Virus record (IMG/VR): IMGVR_UViG_3300005326_000743
Location: 1-51,090 of that record
Reading direction: 5' to 3' (one strand)
Source: a virus
Lineage: Duplodnaviria; Caudoviricetes
DNA: 51,090 bases
The position numbers and the translations under genes were made by a program. The notes under the pieces were generated by a model. That model was not told the DNA's origin. It ran no database searches and saw nothing but the letters and a program-made list of their open reading frames with translations. Shown one piece after another: positions 17,445-26,788 of the stretch; within the stretch, counting starts at the first letter, position 1, and each line of letters starts with the position of its first letter.

Positions 17445-17855
17445 TTACGCCACCGGTTCGGAATCGGAACCGCCGAGCAAGATGGTTGCGCTTACCGGCA
17501 GGGCGGGAGTGGTACCCTCGGTTAATGCCACGGTGGTCACCGCCCGGACATACCGCTTGCAACCCTTCAAGCTTACCGACTTGTGGGAGATTTGGTTATT
17601 GGTGGTAATCGCCGAGATTGCGGCCCCGCTGACATCTCCCCAGTTGGTGGAGCCATCGGTGGATTCTTGCAATTTAGCGGCTGCGCTTTTGGTCGTAGGG
17701 GTTCCTGTAGCAGACCCTACTTGCAGAACAAGCAGGGCCCCGTTGAATCCCAGTCGATCAATAGCGTCTCCATTGATAACTTCTGAACTGGCCGCCTTCG
17801 GATTGGTCCCGATATTGGCCTTGATTTGAGCACCCAGATCGCAGGGTAAATTCAT
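17445..17855 (-). CDS. Capsid decoration/cement protein
   Basis: Directly after the MCP; beta-rich, KLQESTDG and KRYVRAV motifs. Confidence 0.7.
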   Translation of the reverse strand: MNLPCDLGAQIKANIGTNPKAASSEVINGDAIDRLGFNGALLVLQVGSATGTPTTKSAAAKLQESTDGSTNWGDVSGAAISAITTNNQISHKSVSLKGCKRYVRAVTTVALTEGTTPALPVSATILLGGSDSEPVA

Positions 17856-17891
17856 GATTTTGTCCTCCTTAAGATGTAGGTATGGGTAAAT

Positions 17892-17913
17892 GGGGAGGGA
17901 TTGCTCCCTCCCC
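17892..17913 (-). terminator. GC-rich hairpin after the major capsid gene (terminator or mRNA stabiliser)
   Basis: GGGGAGGGA-TTGC-TCCCTCCCC; weak U tract. Confidence 0.55.
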
Positions 17914-17920
17914 TGGTTGG

Positions 17921-19078
17921 TTATGCCTCAACACCCCATTTGACTTTCTCGATAACCGAAAAAGCCTTATCGTGTCTTAATCCACAGTCGATTCTGGAAA
18001 TTACCCGAATGACGGTCTGGTCAAGGGAGAAAGCGGAAACTACAGACGACCCGTTGTAGTAGGCAGCCGAATCATTAATATCAATGATCAACTGCATGTT
18101 CTGGCCGATGACAAAGTCAGCGGCATTGCCAAAGTATATTTCGGATTCATCTCCGCCGGTACCGAGGTTTTCGGGAATGTCGGCGGATTCCAGGAACGTG
18201 TATCCCAGCAGTTTCCCGCTGTCCATCTGGGATTGAAAAGCCGGAACTCCGAACCCATTTTGGACGGTGTAGAGGTACTGCCAGACGTTTGTGCCGAAAA
18301 ACCAGACTGGCTTAGTTAAGCGAACTTTGGCTTTTTTTACCCGAGCAATCGCCTTGGTTAAATCAGCCATAACATTCTGCAGATTGATAGTGCCGTTGGC
18401 GTCGAATTTATTGGCAGAATTCACCGCATACAAAATGCCCTTAGGAGAGTTTTGAGATCCGTTCCCCCGGAGGAAATTCGTATCTTCGGCTCCAGCCAGA
18501 GAAGTAACGAGATCATCGCTCATCATTTTTTCTCCGCCGCCATCCCGGAGTAAATCGTTACTTACAGGGAGAAGGGCTGCCAACTTTTTCGCAGTCAACT
18601 GCAGTTGCCCAACTTGCACATCAGTAGCCGGAATATTTTCATTTTCTCCAATGAAAAAGGCGCTGGATCCACCGGTAATCTTAGGGATATTGAGAACATT
18701 CGAGTTCATGGAGAGTACAGGGGCTTGGGCTCTGCGAACAATCGCCTCGGCGCGCAGAAACTCAATAAGGTCTTTCGAGAATTCCGGAGGGACCAGATAT
18801 CCACCGGCCTCTCCGGATTCCTCGGACATTGCCTTGATTAAGGCTTCGTCCTTGGGATAAAGAGAGAGTGCAATATCTTTGGGGTCTTTTCTACTGCGTT
18901 TGGCCATGGCCGCGACTTTGATCATGCGTGCCAAATTAGTTCCGGGTTCCACCGGTTCTTGCCGATCCTTCACCTGGACGTCGATCGCTCCAGCGTTCTT
19001 CCGGTCCACCGTCATCAGGGGAGCAATCTGCTCCTTTACCACATCGGTGATCATGTTTTTCAGTTCATCTTTGTTCAT
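17921..19078 (-). CDS. Major capsid protein, HK97 fold
   Basis: AGGYLVPPEF, KKLAALLPVSNDLL, FLRGNG..PKGI, LLGY motifs; start MNKDELK after AAAGGAG. Confidence 0.95.
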   Translation of the reverse strand: MNKDELKNMITDVVKEQIAPLMTVDRKNAGAIDVQVKDRQEPVEPGTNLARMIKVAAMAKRSRKDPKDIALSLYPKDEALIKAMSEESGEAGGYLVPPEFSKDLIEFLRAEAIVRRAQAPVLSMNSNVLNIPKITGGSSAFFIGENENIPATDVQVGQLQLTAKKLAALLPVSNDLLRDGGGEKMMSDDLVTSLAGAEDTNFLRGNGSQNSPKGILYAVNSANKFDANGTINLQNVMADLTKAIARVKKAKVRLTKPVWFFGTNVWQYLYTVQNGFGVPAFQSQMDSGKLLGYTFLESADIPENLGTGGDESEIYFGNAADFVIGQNMQLIIDINDSAAYYNGSSVVSAFSLDQTVIRVISRIDCGLRHDKAFSVIEKVKWGVEA

Positions 19079-19112
19079 ACGAGGTTCTCCTTTTTGATAA
19101 ATTTTTTGCAAC

Positions 19113-19138
19113 AAAAAAGCGCCCATTTCGTAGGCGCT
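19113..19138 (-). terminator. Terminator-like hairpin between protease and capsid genes
   Basis: Minus strand AGCGCCTA-CGAAA-TGGGCGCT followed by TTTTT. Confidence 0.6.
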
Positions 19139-19162
19139 CTGCGCAAGTTGATTGAGGATCGA

Positions 19163-20110
19163 TTAGCCCATTTTACCCATAGCCTTATCCAGCTCTCCGG
19201 TTACAACGTTTTTAATCATTGCTTTCAACGTTTCGGGTTCGATTTCTATTTCGTCTTGGTTCGTTTCCGGTTCGTCCAGTTTGATTATTTCATCTTCTTG
19301 GTCGCCAGGCTGGGGGTCAGGATCTTCATGAGCTTGTTCTTCCTCTTTTTTATGGCTATCCAAAAGGATTTTTACCCCTTGGTTTAGCTCCTGAAACGCT
19401 TCTTTCATCCCGCAGAACTGCTGGGTTAAATCCTGCACCAACTCTTTGGAAAACGCGATAATCCCTCTCTCCTCGCAACTCTTTATAAATTCTCCAGATT
19501 TAGCTGCTTCTTTTTCAAATTGGGTCAGAACAGTTTCGGGTATTTCAAGATTATTCTCTTCTGATTGAGGAATAGGTTCTGCTGGTTTCTCGGAGGTGAT
19601 TTCTTCTTGATCTTTCTCTCCTGATTCTCTTTTAGTGGTGAATCCTTCGAGCAGGGCTTTAGTCTCCAGCCCGATCAGGCCCTTTTGATAAGCCTCGGCC
19701 AATGCATTAGGATTAGCCGGTACGGGAACCGCCGAGAACTCCAAAAGCTCTGACTTGGTGCAAATCGTTCCGTCCCACTCAAGGGGGATAAAGCCGACTG
19801 AAAAGGTGTTTAAAAAGCCCTCATCATACAGCCGCTTAACCTCTTGAGCAAAATCGTGAGGAGCGAAGATGATTTCTGATTTAAGTGCTTTGCCATCTTT
19901 GCGAACTTTTGCCTTTCCGATCGGCAACGCAGCCGAATTGTGGGCATAAAGCACAATCGGATTCCGTTTATAGTTATCCAGACTCATGCCGGAGATTTTA
20001 ATAATTTCTCCGTACCTATCGATATCTTCTGTCGCGACCGTAGCGACCAGACTTCCATCTCCCGCCTTAACAATTTCGGTAAAATCTTTAAAAATGGGTT
20101 TTAGTTCCAT
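19163..20110 (-). CDS. HK97-type prohead protease (S78) with acidic C-terminal extension
   Basis: DRYGEII, NPIVLYAH, LPIGK, FSVGF, ELLEFSAVPVPANPNA; start MELKP after GGAGG. Confidence 0.92.
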   Translation of the reverse strand: MELKPIFKDFTEIVKAGDGSLVATVATEDIDRYGEIIKISGMSLDNYKRNPIVLYAHNSAALPIGKAKVRKDGKALKSEIIFAPHDFAQEVKRLYDEGFLNTFSVGFIPLEWDGTICTKSELLEFSAVPVPANPNALAEAYQKGLIGLETKALLEGFTTKRESGEKDQEEITSEKPAEPIPQSEENNLEIPETVLTQFEKEAAKSGEFIKSCEERGIIAFSKELVQDLTQQFCGMKEAFQELNQGVKILLDSHKKEEEQAHEDPDPQPGDQEDEIIKLDEPETNQDEIEIEPETLKAMIKNVVTGELDKAMGKMG

Positions 20111-20120
20111 AACTTCCTCC

Positions 20121-22118
20121 TTAATCTTCAATTACCGGGGCGATGCTACACCGGCAAAGGACATCTTCTTCTGGGATCCCGATGGCTCCCGGGCACGGGC
20201 CACTCCCGCGCCCTACCTTGAAATTTTTATCAACAGGAATCGGGTTGTTTCCGTATTCCTCATGAGCCTTTCTATGGGTTGGCCTGGTTCTTTCATCCAG
20301 GGCGGCGATCCAGGTCTTTTTCTCAACTCCGGCCTGCTTATAGGCCTGGAGTGCACCCATGTTAGAGGAAGATATTATTTCGGTTCTGGCGATGGTTTCA
20401 GCCCGGTATCCTTTCGCGTCGTCATAAACCTTGCTCACTCGCTCCATAATCTGGGGAATCCCCTCACCCTGATCGTACGCCTCGGTTAATTGTGCCTTAA
20501 GCGCGTTCAGCGTGGTCTCCTGGACTTTCTTACCCAAGTAGGTGTCTAGCCGCTGTTCGATGAACTTTTCTACCAGGGGGTTGGAAATATCGAAACTGAT
20601 TCCCGAATCTACCTCTGCCATCGCCGCTTCTCCGGCTTTTTTAACCGCTCCGGTAATAGCTACGGCGCAGGCCTCTTTGAATATTTTTCCCCACTCATCC
20701 GGATTGAACAGATATTCTTCCGGTTTTCCCGGTAAATCCGAGAAATCTTTTGCCCGGGCCTTAATCTTGCCGGTTATCTCGTCTTGTTGCTGCTGAAAAA
20801 GCTTTTTAACCAAACGGATCAAGTCTTTTTCTTGCGGGATTGTCAGCTTCTCAAATGCCTTGGCTCTCCGCTCCCATTCATCGTTAGACAAAGATTTATT
20901 GCTTATTATCGCCTTTTGGCTGGTATTTGCTTCGGTTGTCGTGGCATTCGATGGGGTCAGGAGTATGTCCCCGCCTTTTAAAGCAGGCATTCCTTTGGAC
21001 GCTCTCCATTCGTTGATCGTGATGGCTCCAAGGCGAATCCCGCTATCCATTTCCTTATTGTCCAGCTCGCGGTTTTTCGGTACAGGATCCTCGAACTCAA
21101 GCACGAGCGACTTATCGAATTGCGGTAACAATTTAGTGTTTAGTTTTTCTACCCAGAAACTAATTCTAGATTTAACCAGGTACTTGGAGAAAGTATATTC
21201 TCCCGCCTCGGCATTAGCCCGGTTGATATCCTCGGTTAATCCTAAAATTGAAGGGTGAATCCCCATAGCCCCGAGGATGGTCGTTCTGGCGGTTTTTCTC
21301 AACTCGGGGAAAGCCATATCCTTATGTCCCGTTCCAACCTCGCGCAGCGTTCCGTTGTTCAATATTGCCGGTTTATTGGCGTTGGCTATCCCTCCAAAGG
21401 TCGCCATCCAAAGTTCGGACATCCTCTTTGCCTGTTCCATTTTGATATCGGTTTTTGTTTCGATCACCATTCCAGGAGTGGCGTTATTGTCGAACCAACG
21501 CTTATTCCACTTTACGGCCTTTTCATCGGATTCTACATCATCCCGGGTGGGCTTGGCATTACCCAATCCGCGTCCATAGGGATTTTTCGGGTCAGGATTC
21601 TTTAGCCAAAGAACATCTTCTGTTGGTACCGTTCTGGCCCCATCAGGCATATTGATGTCAAAAGATGGCTCTTTTATGCTGGCCACTCTCCTTACCCAGT
21701 TGGGAGGAATCGGCCATATCTCTCCGGGGCGTCCAAGTCGGTTCCTCTCAATTAACAGAAAAGCCTCGCCGACCAATTCCATGTAAACCTGACTAATAAA
21801 CCTCATATCTGAGCCGGACAATACCGGGTTGGGAGAGTTGAGCAAATCGAGAAGCGGGTGTTCCGTGATCTCAGTTTTGTTCTTTCCGGTTCCGCGATAT
21901 AGGTAAATCGGTACGGCTGCCACGGCCTCGCTAATTTTACTGACTGCGACATGCAACCAGGGGTGCTCCCCATAAATATCAAGCCAGTCTTTTCTCGCGC
22001 CACGAATAGACGCTCCACCGGCCCCGAGCATATCATAAAGACCCAATATGTTTTCAGTCATTGCGTCTTTGAATGCCCAATTAAACAGGCTGGATTTAAT
22101 TGTTGTTAAAATACCCAC
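20121..22118 (-). CDS. HK97-family portal protein fused to a Mu gpF/SPP1 gp7-like head morphogenesis domain
   Basis: Portal motifs (FDNNATPG, TINEWR..GGD) then RAETIARTE..KTWIAALDERTRPTH..CRC. Confidence 0.9.
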   Translation of the reverse strand: MGILTTIKSSLFNWAFKDAMTENILGLYDMLGAGGASIRGARKDWLDIYGEHPWLHVAVSKISEAVAAVPIYLYRGTGKNKTEITEHPLLDLLNSPNPVLSGSDMRFISQVYMELVGEAFLLIERNRLGRPGEIWPIPPNWVRRVASIKEPSFDINMPDGARTVPTEDVLWLKNPDPKNPYGRGLGNAKPTRDDVESDEKAVKWNKRWFDNNATPGMVIETKTDIKMEQAKRMSELWMATFGGIANANKPAILNNGTLREVGTGHKDMAFPELRKTARTTILGAMGIHPSILGLTEDINRANAEAGEYTFSKYLVKSRISFWVEKLNTKLLPQFDKSLVLEFEDPVPKNRELDNKEMDSGIRLGAITINEWRASKGMPALKGGDILLTPSNATTTEANTSQKAIISNKSLSNDEWERRAKAFEKLTIPQEKDLIRLVKKLFQQQQDEITGKIKARAKDFSDLPGKPEEYLFNPDEWGKIFKEACAVAITGAVKKAGEAAMAEVDSGISFDISNPLVEKFIEQRLDTYLGKKVQETTLNALKAQLTEAYDQGEGIPQIMERVSKVYDDAKGYRAETIARTEIISSSNMGALQAYKQAGVEKKTWIAALDERTRPTHRKAHEEYGNNPIPVDKNFKVGRGSGPCPGAIGIPEEDVLCRCSIAPVIED

Positions 22119-23650
22119 AGAGCAACTTCTCCTGCATTTTTATTGGTTGCAATTTTGTTATAAGCGTCAGCATGGGCGAAATGATCATCTCCAACTCTTA
22201 CCCATGCCCATTTTTTGGTACCGTCGTCCGGATTCTCTTCTTCTTTCTTTACCAGGTTATGCCAGTGCCGGCAGAACTGCTGGGATTCGGGTAACCCGAC
22301 TTTGGGAAGTTGAATCTTCTGGGTAATAATATCTCCAAAAACATCGTCTATCGCCTCGGTGCGGTTGACCGTAACCGTTTGCTGTTCCTCATTCCAATTA
22401 GCCGAGCCTTTCTGGTGCTCAGAATAAAAGTTCATGAATACACGGCCTTTGAATCGTGCGGCAAATGACCTGGCGGAATGCTGGTTAGGCAGCGCGTCTA
22501 TCACGCAACACCGGATATTGAAGCGGTTCATTATCCCGTCCAGTTCCTCGAAACTTCCGATTACATCAAGAAAGACATGCTTGCGGATGTTCTCGGCAAG
22601 TTGAGAGATAACCACGTGCAACTTATCTCCCTGATCAACCCCCATAAAGAAACCATCGCCCTTTAACTCCATCTCATAATCTCGGCAACAAGCCTCGACC
22701 TGCTGAATAGTCAGGCGATTCTTGGCCGAAACATAGGGCATCCCCAATTTGTGATTATAGAAGACGTCCAGAAACTTGCCGGATTCCCAAGCCCGAAGAA
22801 CGTCATTTAAATTGATCATGGATGAGTAGAGCTGGCAGATATGATACCCGCGCCGCTCTTTCGCTTCTGGGTATTTTGACACCCACTGGCCAGCCTGAGA
22901 ATCCAACTCTCCTCGGCACTTTGAGCAGGCGATAAAGGCTTTCCCATCCCTATCCCGGATCAGGCATTCCGGGAAAGTTTCTTCCAGGCAGTTCCATTCT
23001 CCGCAATGTGGGCACTTGGGCTGCCAATACCGCTGATCTGACCTCAAAAACTCGACATCAATCCCATATTGGGGAATGCTCGGGGTAGATATTTCCAGAA
23101 CCCACTTAAAATCGGAATGGTCAACCCGCTTTAATGCGGCCTCTTTCATCTTTTCCGGAACCTCGTCCAGCTCATCGAAAACCAGGAAGTCACCGGCCAC
23201 GCTCTTGATTCGGATATTACTTTTCATGCCCCGGAAATAGAGCATGCCATCTCCGACCTTCCGGAGGCCGATATTGTCAGCCTCTCCCTTTCCCACAACT
23301 CCGAAAATATGAGGGCTATTGATGATCCAGGGTTTTACGCGCCCCTGGGAGAAATCTCGAACATCGGTGTCGGTGGGGAAGTAATAAAGGGTGATAAGCC
23401 CTAAATTCTCGCTCGCCCATAGGCATTTAGCCGCCGCGAAGGTGGAAATGCCCATCTGTGACGCCTTCTCGATCACCGTGTATGGGTGGTGATTCTGGTA
23501 GATTTCCCGAAGATATTCATGTCCCTCAAAGGTCATTGGCACATCGGGATCCAGGCAAAAATACCTCTCCGCCCAGGTATAAAAATCAATCCTCGGGAGG
23601 TTGGCAATTAAGCTTGTCACTTGCTTTTCTAAGCTGACGGGTAAGCTCAT
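22106..23650 (-). CDS. terL: Terminase large subunit (gpA-like ATPase plus nuclease)
   Basis: KASQMGIST Walker A-like, FDELDE Walker B, ISTP motif III, GVD and DDHFAHA nuclease motifs. Confidence 0.9.
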   Translation of the reverse strand: MSLPVSLEKQVTSLIANLPRIDFYTWAERYFCLDPDVPMTFEGHEYLREIYQNHHPYTVIEKASQMGISTFAAAKCLWASENLGLITLYYFPTDTDVRDFSQGRVKPWIINSPHIFGVVGKGEADNIGLRKVGDGMLYFRGMKSNIRIKSVAGDFLVFDELDEVPEKMKEAALKRVDHSDFKWVLEISTPSIPQYGIDVEFLRSDQRYWQPKCPHCGEWNCLEETFPECLIRDRDGKAFIACSKCRGELDSQAGQWVSKYPEAKERRGYHICQLYSSMINLNDVLRAWESGKFLDVFYNHKLGMPYVSAKNRLTIQQVEACCRDYEMELKGDGFFMGVDQGDKLHVVISQLAENIRKHVFLDVIGSFEELDGIMNRFNIRCCVIDALPNQHSARSFAARFKGRVFMNFYSEHQKGSANWNEEQQTVTVNRTEAIDDVFGDIITQKIQLPKVGLPESQQFCRHWHNLVKKEEENPDDGTKKWAWVRVGDDHFAHADAYNKIATNKNAGEVALWVF

Positions 23651-24140
23651 TTAAATCCTCCTCTGATAATTTCTTATGCAATTCCCGGGCATTAATTGCT
23701 CCGGGTAAGTTTATGTTGTTGACGATCAACGGGTTTTCGTTAGCCGGCACCAACCCGAATTTTTCCATTACCTGGACCATCCACTTTTCTTCTTCGCGAA
23801 CCTGTGAAACCGCAGAAATTGCCGCATTCGAAGTTTCTTTCGCTCGGGCCACACCCCATAGAAATTTCTGCCGCTCTGCCGTACTAGTTAGTAACCGCTT
23901 CATTAAATTCCCGAGTCTCTTTTTGAGTTTGCCCTGCCCGAGTTCCTTAATTTCCTTGGCGAGATCTTCTTCTATATGCTCGATATCCCGGTAGATCGTG
24001 CGCAGCGAAACGCCCTTGAATTCGTCTTTTTTTAGTAACGCCTCATGAATTAATACCGGGCAAACTCGCTGCACGTGAAGCTGAAGCACCACTTCCCGGC
24101 GCTTGATAATCTTAGGATCGTTATCCCCTTGATTTCGCAT
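23586..24140 (-). CDS. Putative terminase small subunit
   Basis: HTH-like GVSLRTIYRDI; overlaps the terL start. Confidence 0.7.
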   Translation of the reverse strand: MRNQGDNDPKIIKRREVVLQLHVQRVCPVLIHEALLKKDEFKGVSLRTIYRDIEHIEEDLAKEIKELGQGKLKKRLGNLMKRLLTSTAERQKFLWGVARAKETSNAAISAVSQVREEEKWMVQVMEKFGLVPANENPLIVNNINLPGAINARELHKKLSEEDLNELTRQLRKASDKLNCQPPED

Positions 24141-24144
24141 TCCA

Positions 24145-25425
24145 TCACCTCACCATGGCGGGGGTAATCAATTCTGCTTTCCTCCCCGTGAATTTTTCCC
24201 ACCTGGCGACAATGACGTCGCAGTATTTCGGATCGAGTTCCATCAGCCGGGCACGCCTCCCCATCTGTTGACAGGCGATCAGGGTTGAACCAGATCCGCC
24301 AAAGAGGTCAATGACCAGGTCGCCGGGTTCGCTATTTTTCCTCAAGGCCCGCCCGGGCAGGCGAACCGGCTTTTGTGTCGGGTGGACATACTCAGCGGTA
24401 TTGTCGCGCCGTTCCATCCAGACGTCAAAAAGTTCTTCTTGGTCCATATCGTCCAGGTTAAAAACGTCTTTAAGGTTGCGGATTTTTCTATTACTGTAAT
24501 GCTTCTGACCTTTTTTCCATCCCATAAAACAGGGCTCATAACACCGGTGATAATCTTGCCCCATGCTCAGGACGGGAGACGGTTTCAGCCAGATGATAAT
24601 TTGCGACCGGTGCCAGCCGGTATCTACAAAAGCCTGCCGATTGATCCAGTCATTTTTCGAGGCGAACCACCAGTAAATTGTCGCATCGTCGGCGCTGGCC
24701 AGATAAAGATTGTTCAGTACATCGGTGTAAAATTGCAGGCAATCCTTGTCGCTCTTGTTGTCGTTAAATATCTTTCCTCCGGTCCCGCCGAATTTGGTTG
24801 AGTTGTAACTCATTCCCCCGGGCGAGCGGTAATCCACATTGTAGGGCGGATCGGTGAAAATCAGCCTGGCCTTTTCTCCGGCCATGAGAGAAAGCACATC
24901 CTCGCCCTTAGCCGAGTCCCCGCACATCAAGCGGTGATCACCCATCACATAGACATCGCCATGGCGGGTTTTGGGCTCTTTAATTTTATCGTATTCAGCC
25001 TGAGCGTCGAAGTCGTCTTCCTCGATTTCGATTTTGCCGAGGATATCATCAACCTCAATCTCATCAAATCCTACCTCGATCATCAAATCCCGGGACAGTT
25101 CGGCCAAAAGGTTGTTATCCCAGCCCCCGGTATTTTTGTTTAACCGCAAGCTAAGTTCGACAGCCTCTTCCTCGGTTAGTAGACGATCCGGGAACATGAC
25201 AGCGATCTCAAAATTGCGGCCGTGTAGATTCAGCAACAGTTGGTGGCGAAAGTGACCGCCGATGATCCGGTTGTCCAAGTTGATCACCAGGGGTTCAGCT
25301 ACGTTGAAAGTGGTCAGACTTTTCTCAAGGTCTTTCTTCTGCTTGGCGGTAGCCTTCCTGGGGTTTTTCTCCCACGGTACCAACTCCCCAAGTTTTCTTT
25401 TTTCTGGTGACCAGGTGATATCCAT
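24145..25425 (-). CDS. ParB-like domain plus N6/N4 DNA methyltransferase (beta class)
   Basis: NPRK..IIGGHFR ParB-like N-terminus; DPPY, HPTQKP, DLFGGSGST; start MDITW after GAGG. Confidence 0.9.
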   Translation of the reverse strand: MDITWSPEKRKLGELVPWEKNPRKATAKQKKDLEKSLTTFNVAEPLVINLDNRIIGGHFRHQLLLNLHGRNFEIAVMFPDRLLTEEEAVELSLRLNKNTGGWDNNLLAELSRDLMIEVGFDEIEVDDILGKIEIEEDDFDAQAEYDKIKEPKTRHGDVYVMGDHRLMCGDSAKGEDVLSLMAGEKARLIFTDPPYNVDYRSPGGMSYNSTKFGGTGGKIFNDNKSDKDCLQFYTDVLNNLYLASADDATIYWWFASKNDWINRQAFVDTGWHRSQIIIWLKPSPVLSMGQDYHRCYEPCFMGWKKGQKHYSNRKIRNLKDVFNLDDMDQEELFDVWMERRDNTAEYVHPTQKPVRLPGRALRKNSEPGDLVIDLFGGSGSTLIACQQMGRRARLMELDPKYCDVIVARWEKFTGRKAELITPAMVR

Positions 25426-25426
25426 A

Positions 25427-26020
25427 TTAAGCCTCATTAAATGCGTGGATGACCCCGCTAAAAGGGGACAATCCTGCGCTGATTTTCTCGATGCCAGAAC
25501 CAAAACAAGATTCTTTTAGCCGGCTAACCCCCAGCTGCTTCTTGGTTAAAAATGGGTAATCGGGAAGGGGGCCGTTTTGATTGAGGATTTCGTCGGCCAT
25601 TTTCTCAAGTTCCGAAGGGGTGGGGGTGGCTTTGGTTGATTGCTCTTCACCACTGGCCCTTAACTGATATTTCTTTAGTATTTCTCCAACGGTAGTAACG
25701 CTTACCGGGCGCAAGTTTTCCTTTTGGCAGAACCCGTCCAGCATGACTTTGATTCTGCGCTTACCCAAGCGGATAGATGTTTTGACCAGACTCCGAATGT
25801 ACTCAACAATTTCCTGGCCATACGTTGGCTGGCGTTTGGCTTTGGGGATTTTGGGGGAGGGGGCAAGATTGCCCTGGGATGATCTCCGCTTCCAACGATA
25901 AAGTGAGCTGCGGCTTACCCCAATTCTATTCGCTGCTTCTTTGGCTCCGAATTGGACAAAAAGACTAATCGCTTCGGTTCGAGTTGTGATAGAAATTTGT
26001 GTCATATGTTTTCTGGCCAC
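25427..26020 (-). CDS. HTH protein resembling the N-terminal DNA-binding region of IS481-family transposases, with no DDE domain
   Basis: GVSRSSLYRWKRR..PK..R..IVEYIRSL..RLGKRRIKVMLD..VSVTTVGEILK; RBS GGGGAGG. Confidence 0.7.
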   Translation of the reverse strand: MARKHMTQISITTRTEAISLFVQFGAKEAANRIGVSRSSLYRWKRRSSQGNLAPSPKIPKAKRQPTYGQEIVEYIRSLVKTSIRLGKRRIKVMLDGFCQKENLRPVSVTTVGEILKKYQLRASGEEQSTKATPTPSELEKMADEILNQNGPLPDYPFLTKKQLGVSRLKESCFGSGIEKISAGLSPFSGVIHAFNEA

Positions 26021-26054
26021 TTTGCTATTTTTTCCTCCCCTTAAGAATGCAAAT

Positions 26055-26078
26055 AAAAAAGCCCCGAGTTGGGGCTTT
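26055..26078 (-). terminator. Intrinsic terminator ending the early/middle operon
   Basis: Minus strand AAAGCCCC-AACTC-GGGGCTTTTTT. Confidence 0.85.
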
Positions 26079-26097
26079 GACCTGGTTTGTTTTTGTG

Positions 26098-26349
26098 TCA
26101 GCGTTTGGGCGGTGCCGGCGGTGGTGGAAAATGATATTTACCTCCCCCGGAATCAACAAAGTGCCACGAAACGAAGCCGAACAAAATCAAAACAAAAAAT
26201 ATTGTCATTCCGACGAAAGGGATCCAGTTCCCCTTATCTGCCATTGGAATTGTGTAAGCAAATCCCAAAATTATAATCGCAACGCACAACGTCATCAACA
26301 ACCATACCCCCATAACCCTGAACCAGTCACGCATAAATTTTTTATTCAT
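26098..26349 (-). CDS. Small two-TM membrane protein
   Basis: Two hydrophobic helices, Pro-rich tail, RBS AAGGAGG. Confidence 0.65.
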   Translation of the reverse strand: MNKKFMRDWFRVMGVWLLMTLCVAIIILGFAYTIPMADKGNWIPFVGMTIFFVLILFGFVSWHFVDSGGGKYHFPPPPAPPKR

Positions 26350-26358
26350 AAAACCTCC

Positions 26359-26781
26359 TTAAATTTTCACCGACAAGTATTCCTTGTCGAGCCGTTTCAG
26401 GTCTTTAACCATCTCCCGGGTCCAGGTCTTGCCCTCTCTTACCCCCTCCTCCGACAAAGGAAAAAACCGAACCCAATCGCACCAGTCGTCTGCATATAGA
26501 AGTCTATCAAAGAATTCTTCTACGGTTTTAACCACAACGCCAGTTCCGCGAAATGCACTTCCATCAGAAAAAGAGAAAGACGGTGTATCGAAAATAAAAG
26601 GGGGCATTTTTCTTGAGCAACGATGATCGTTCTCCCAAAATTTATATCCTAAGCCTTCTATGATCACGACAAAGGATCTTCCGCTTCTTTTGCAGCAAAA
26701 CCGGAATTTCCTTATGCTGAGAATAATTGCCACTGCCATCGCCAAGACTCCAATTGCCAAAAATACCCATCCAATCATCAT
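26359..26781 (-). CDS. Hypothetical protein with N-terminal TM anchor
   Basis: RBS AGGAGG; in operon. Confidence 0.6.
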   Translation of the reverse strand: MMIGWVFLAIGVLAMAVAIILSIRKFRFCCKRSGRSFVVIIEGLGYKFWENDHRCSRKMPPFIFDTPSFSFSDGSAFRGTGVVVKTVEEFFDRLLYADDWCDWVRFFPLSEEGVREGKTWTREMVKDLKRLDKEYLSVKI

Positions 26782-26788
26782 AAACCTC

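Noticed and set aside
25447-25530. cos/pac site at short palindromes upstream of the packaging genes
   Set aside because: Hairpin and TTAGCCGGCTAA are present but cannot be assigned without virion end sequencing
25427-26020. Active IS481 insertion sequence
   Set aside because: No DDE domain, no paired terminal repeats and no target duplication found
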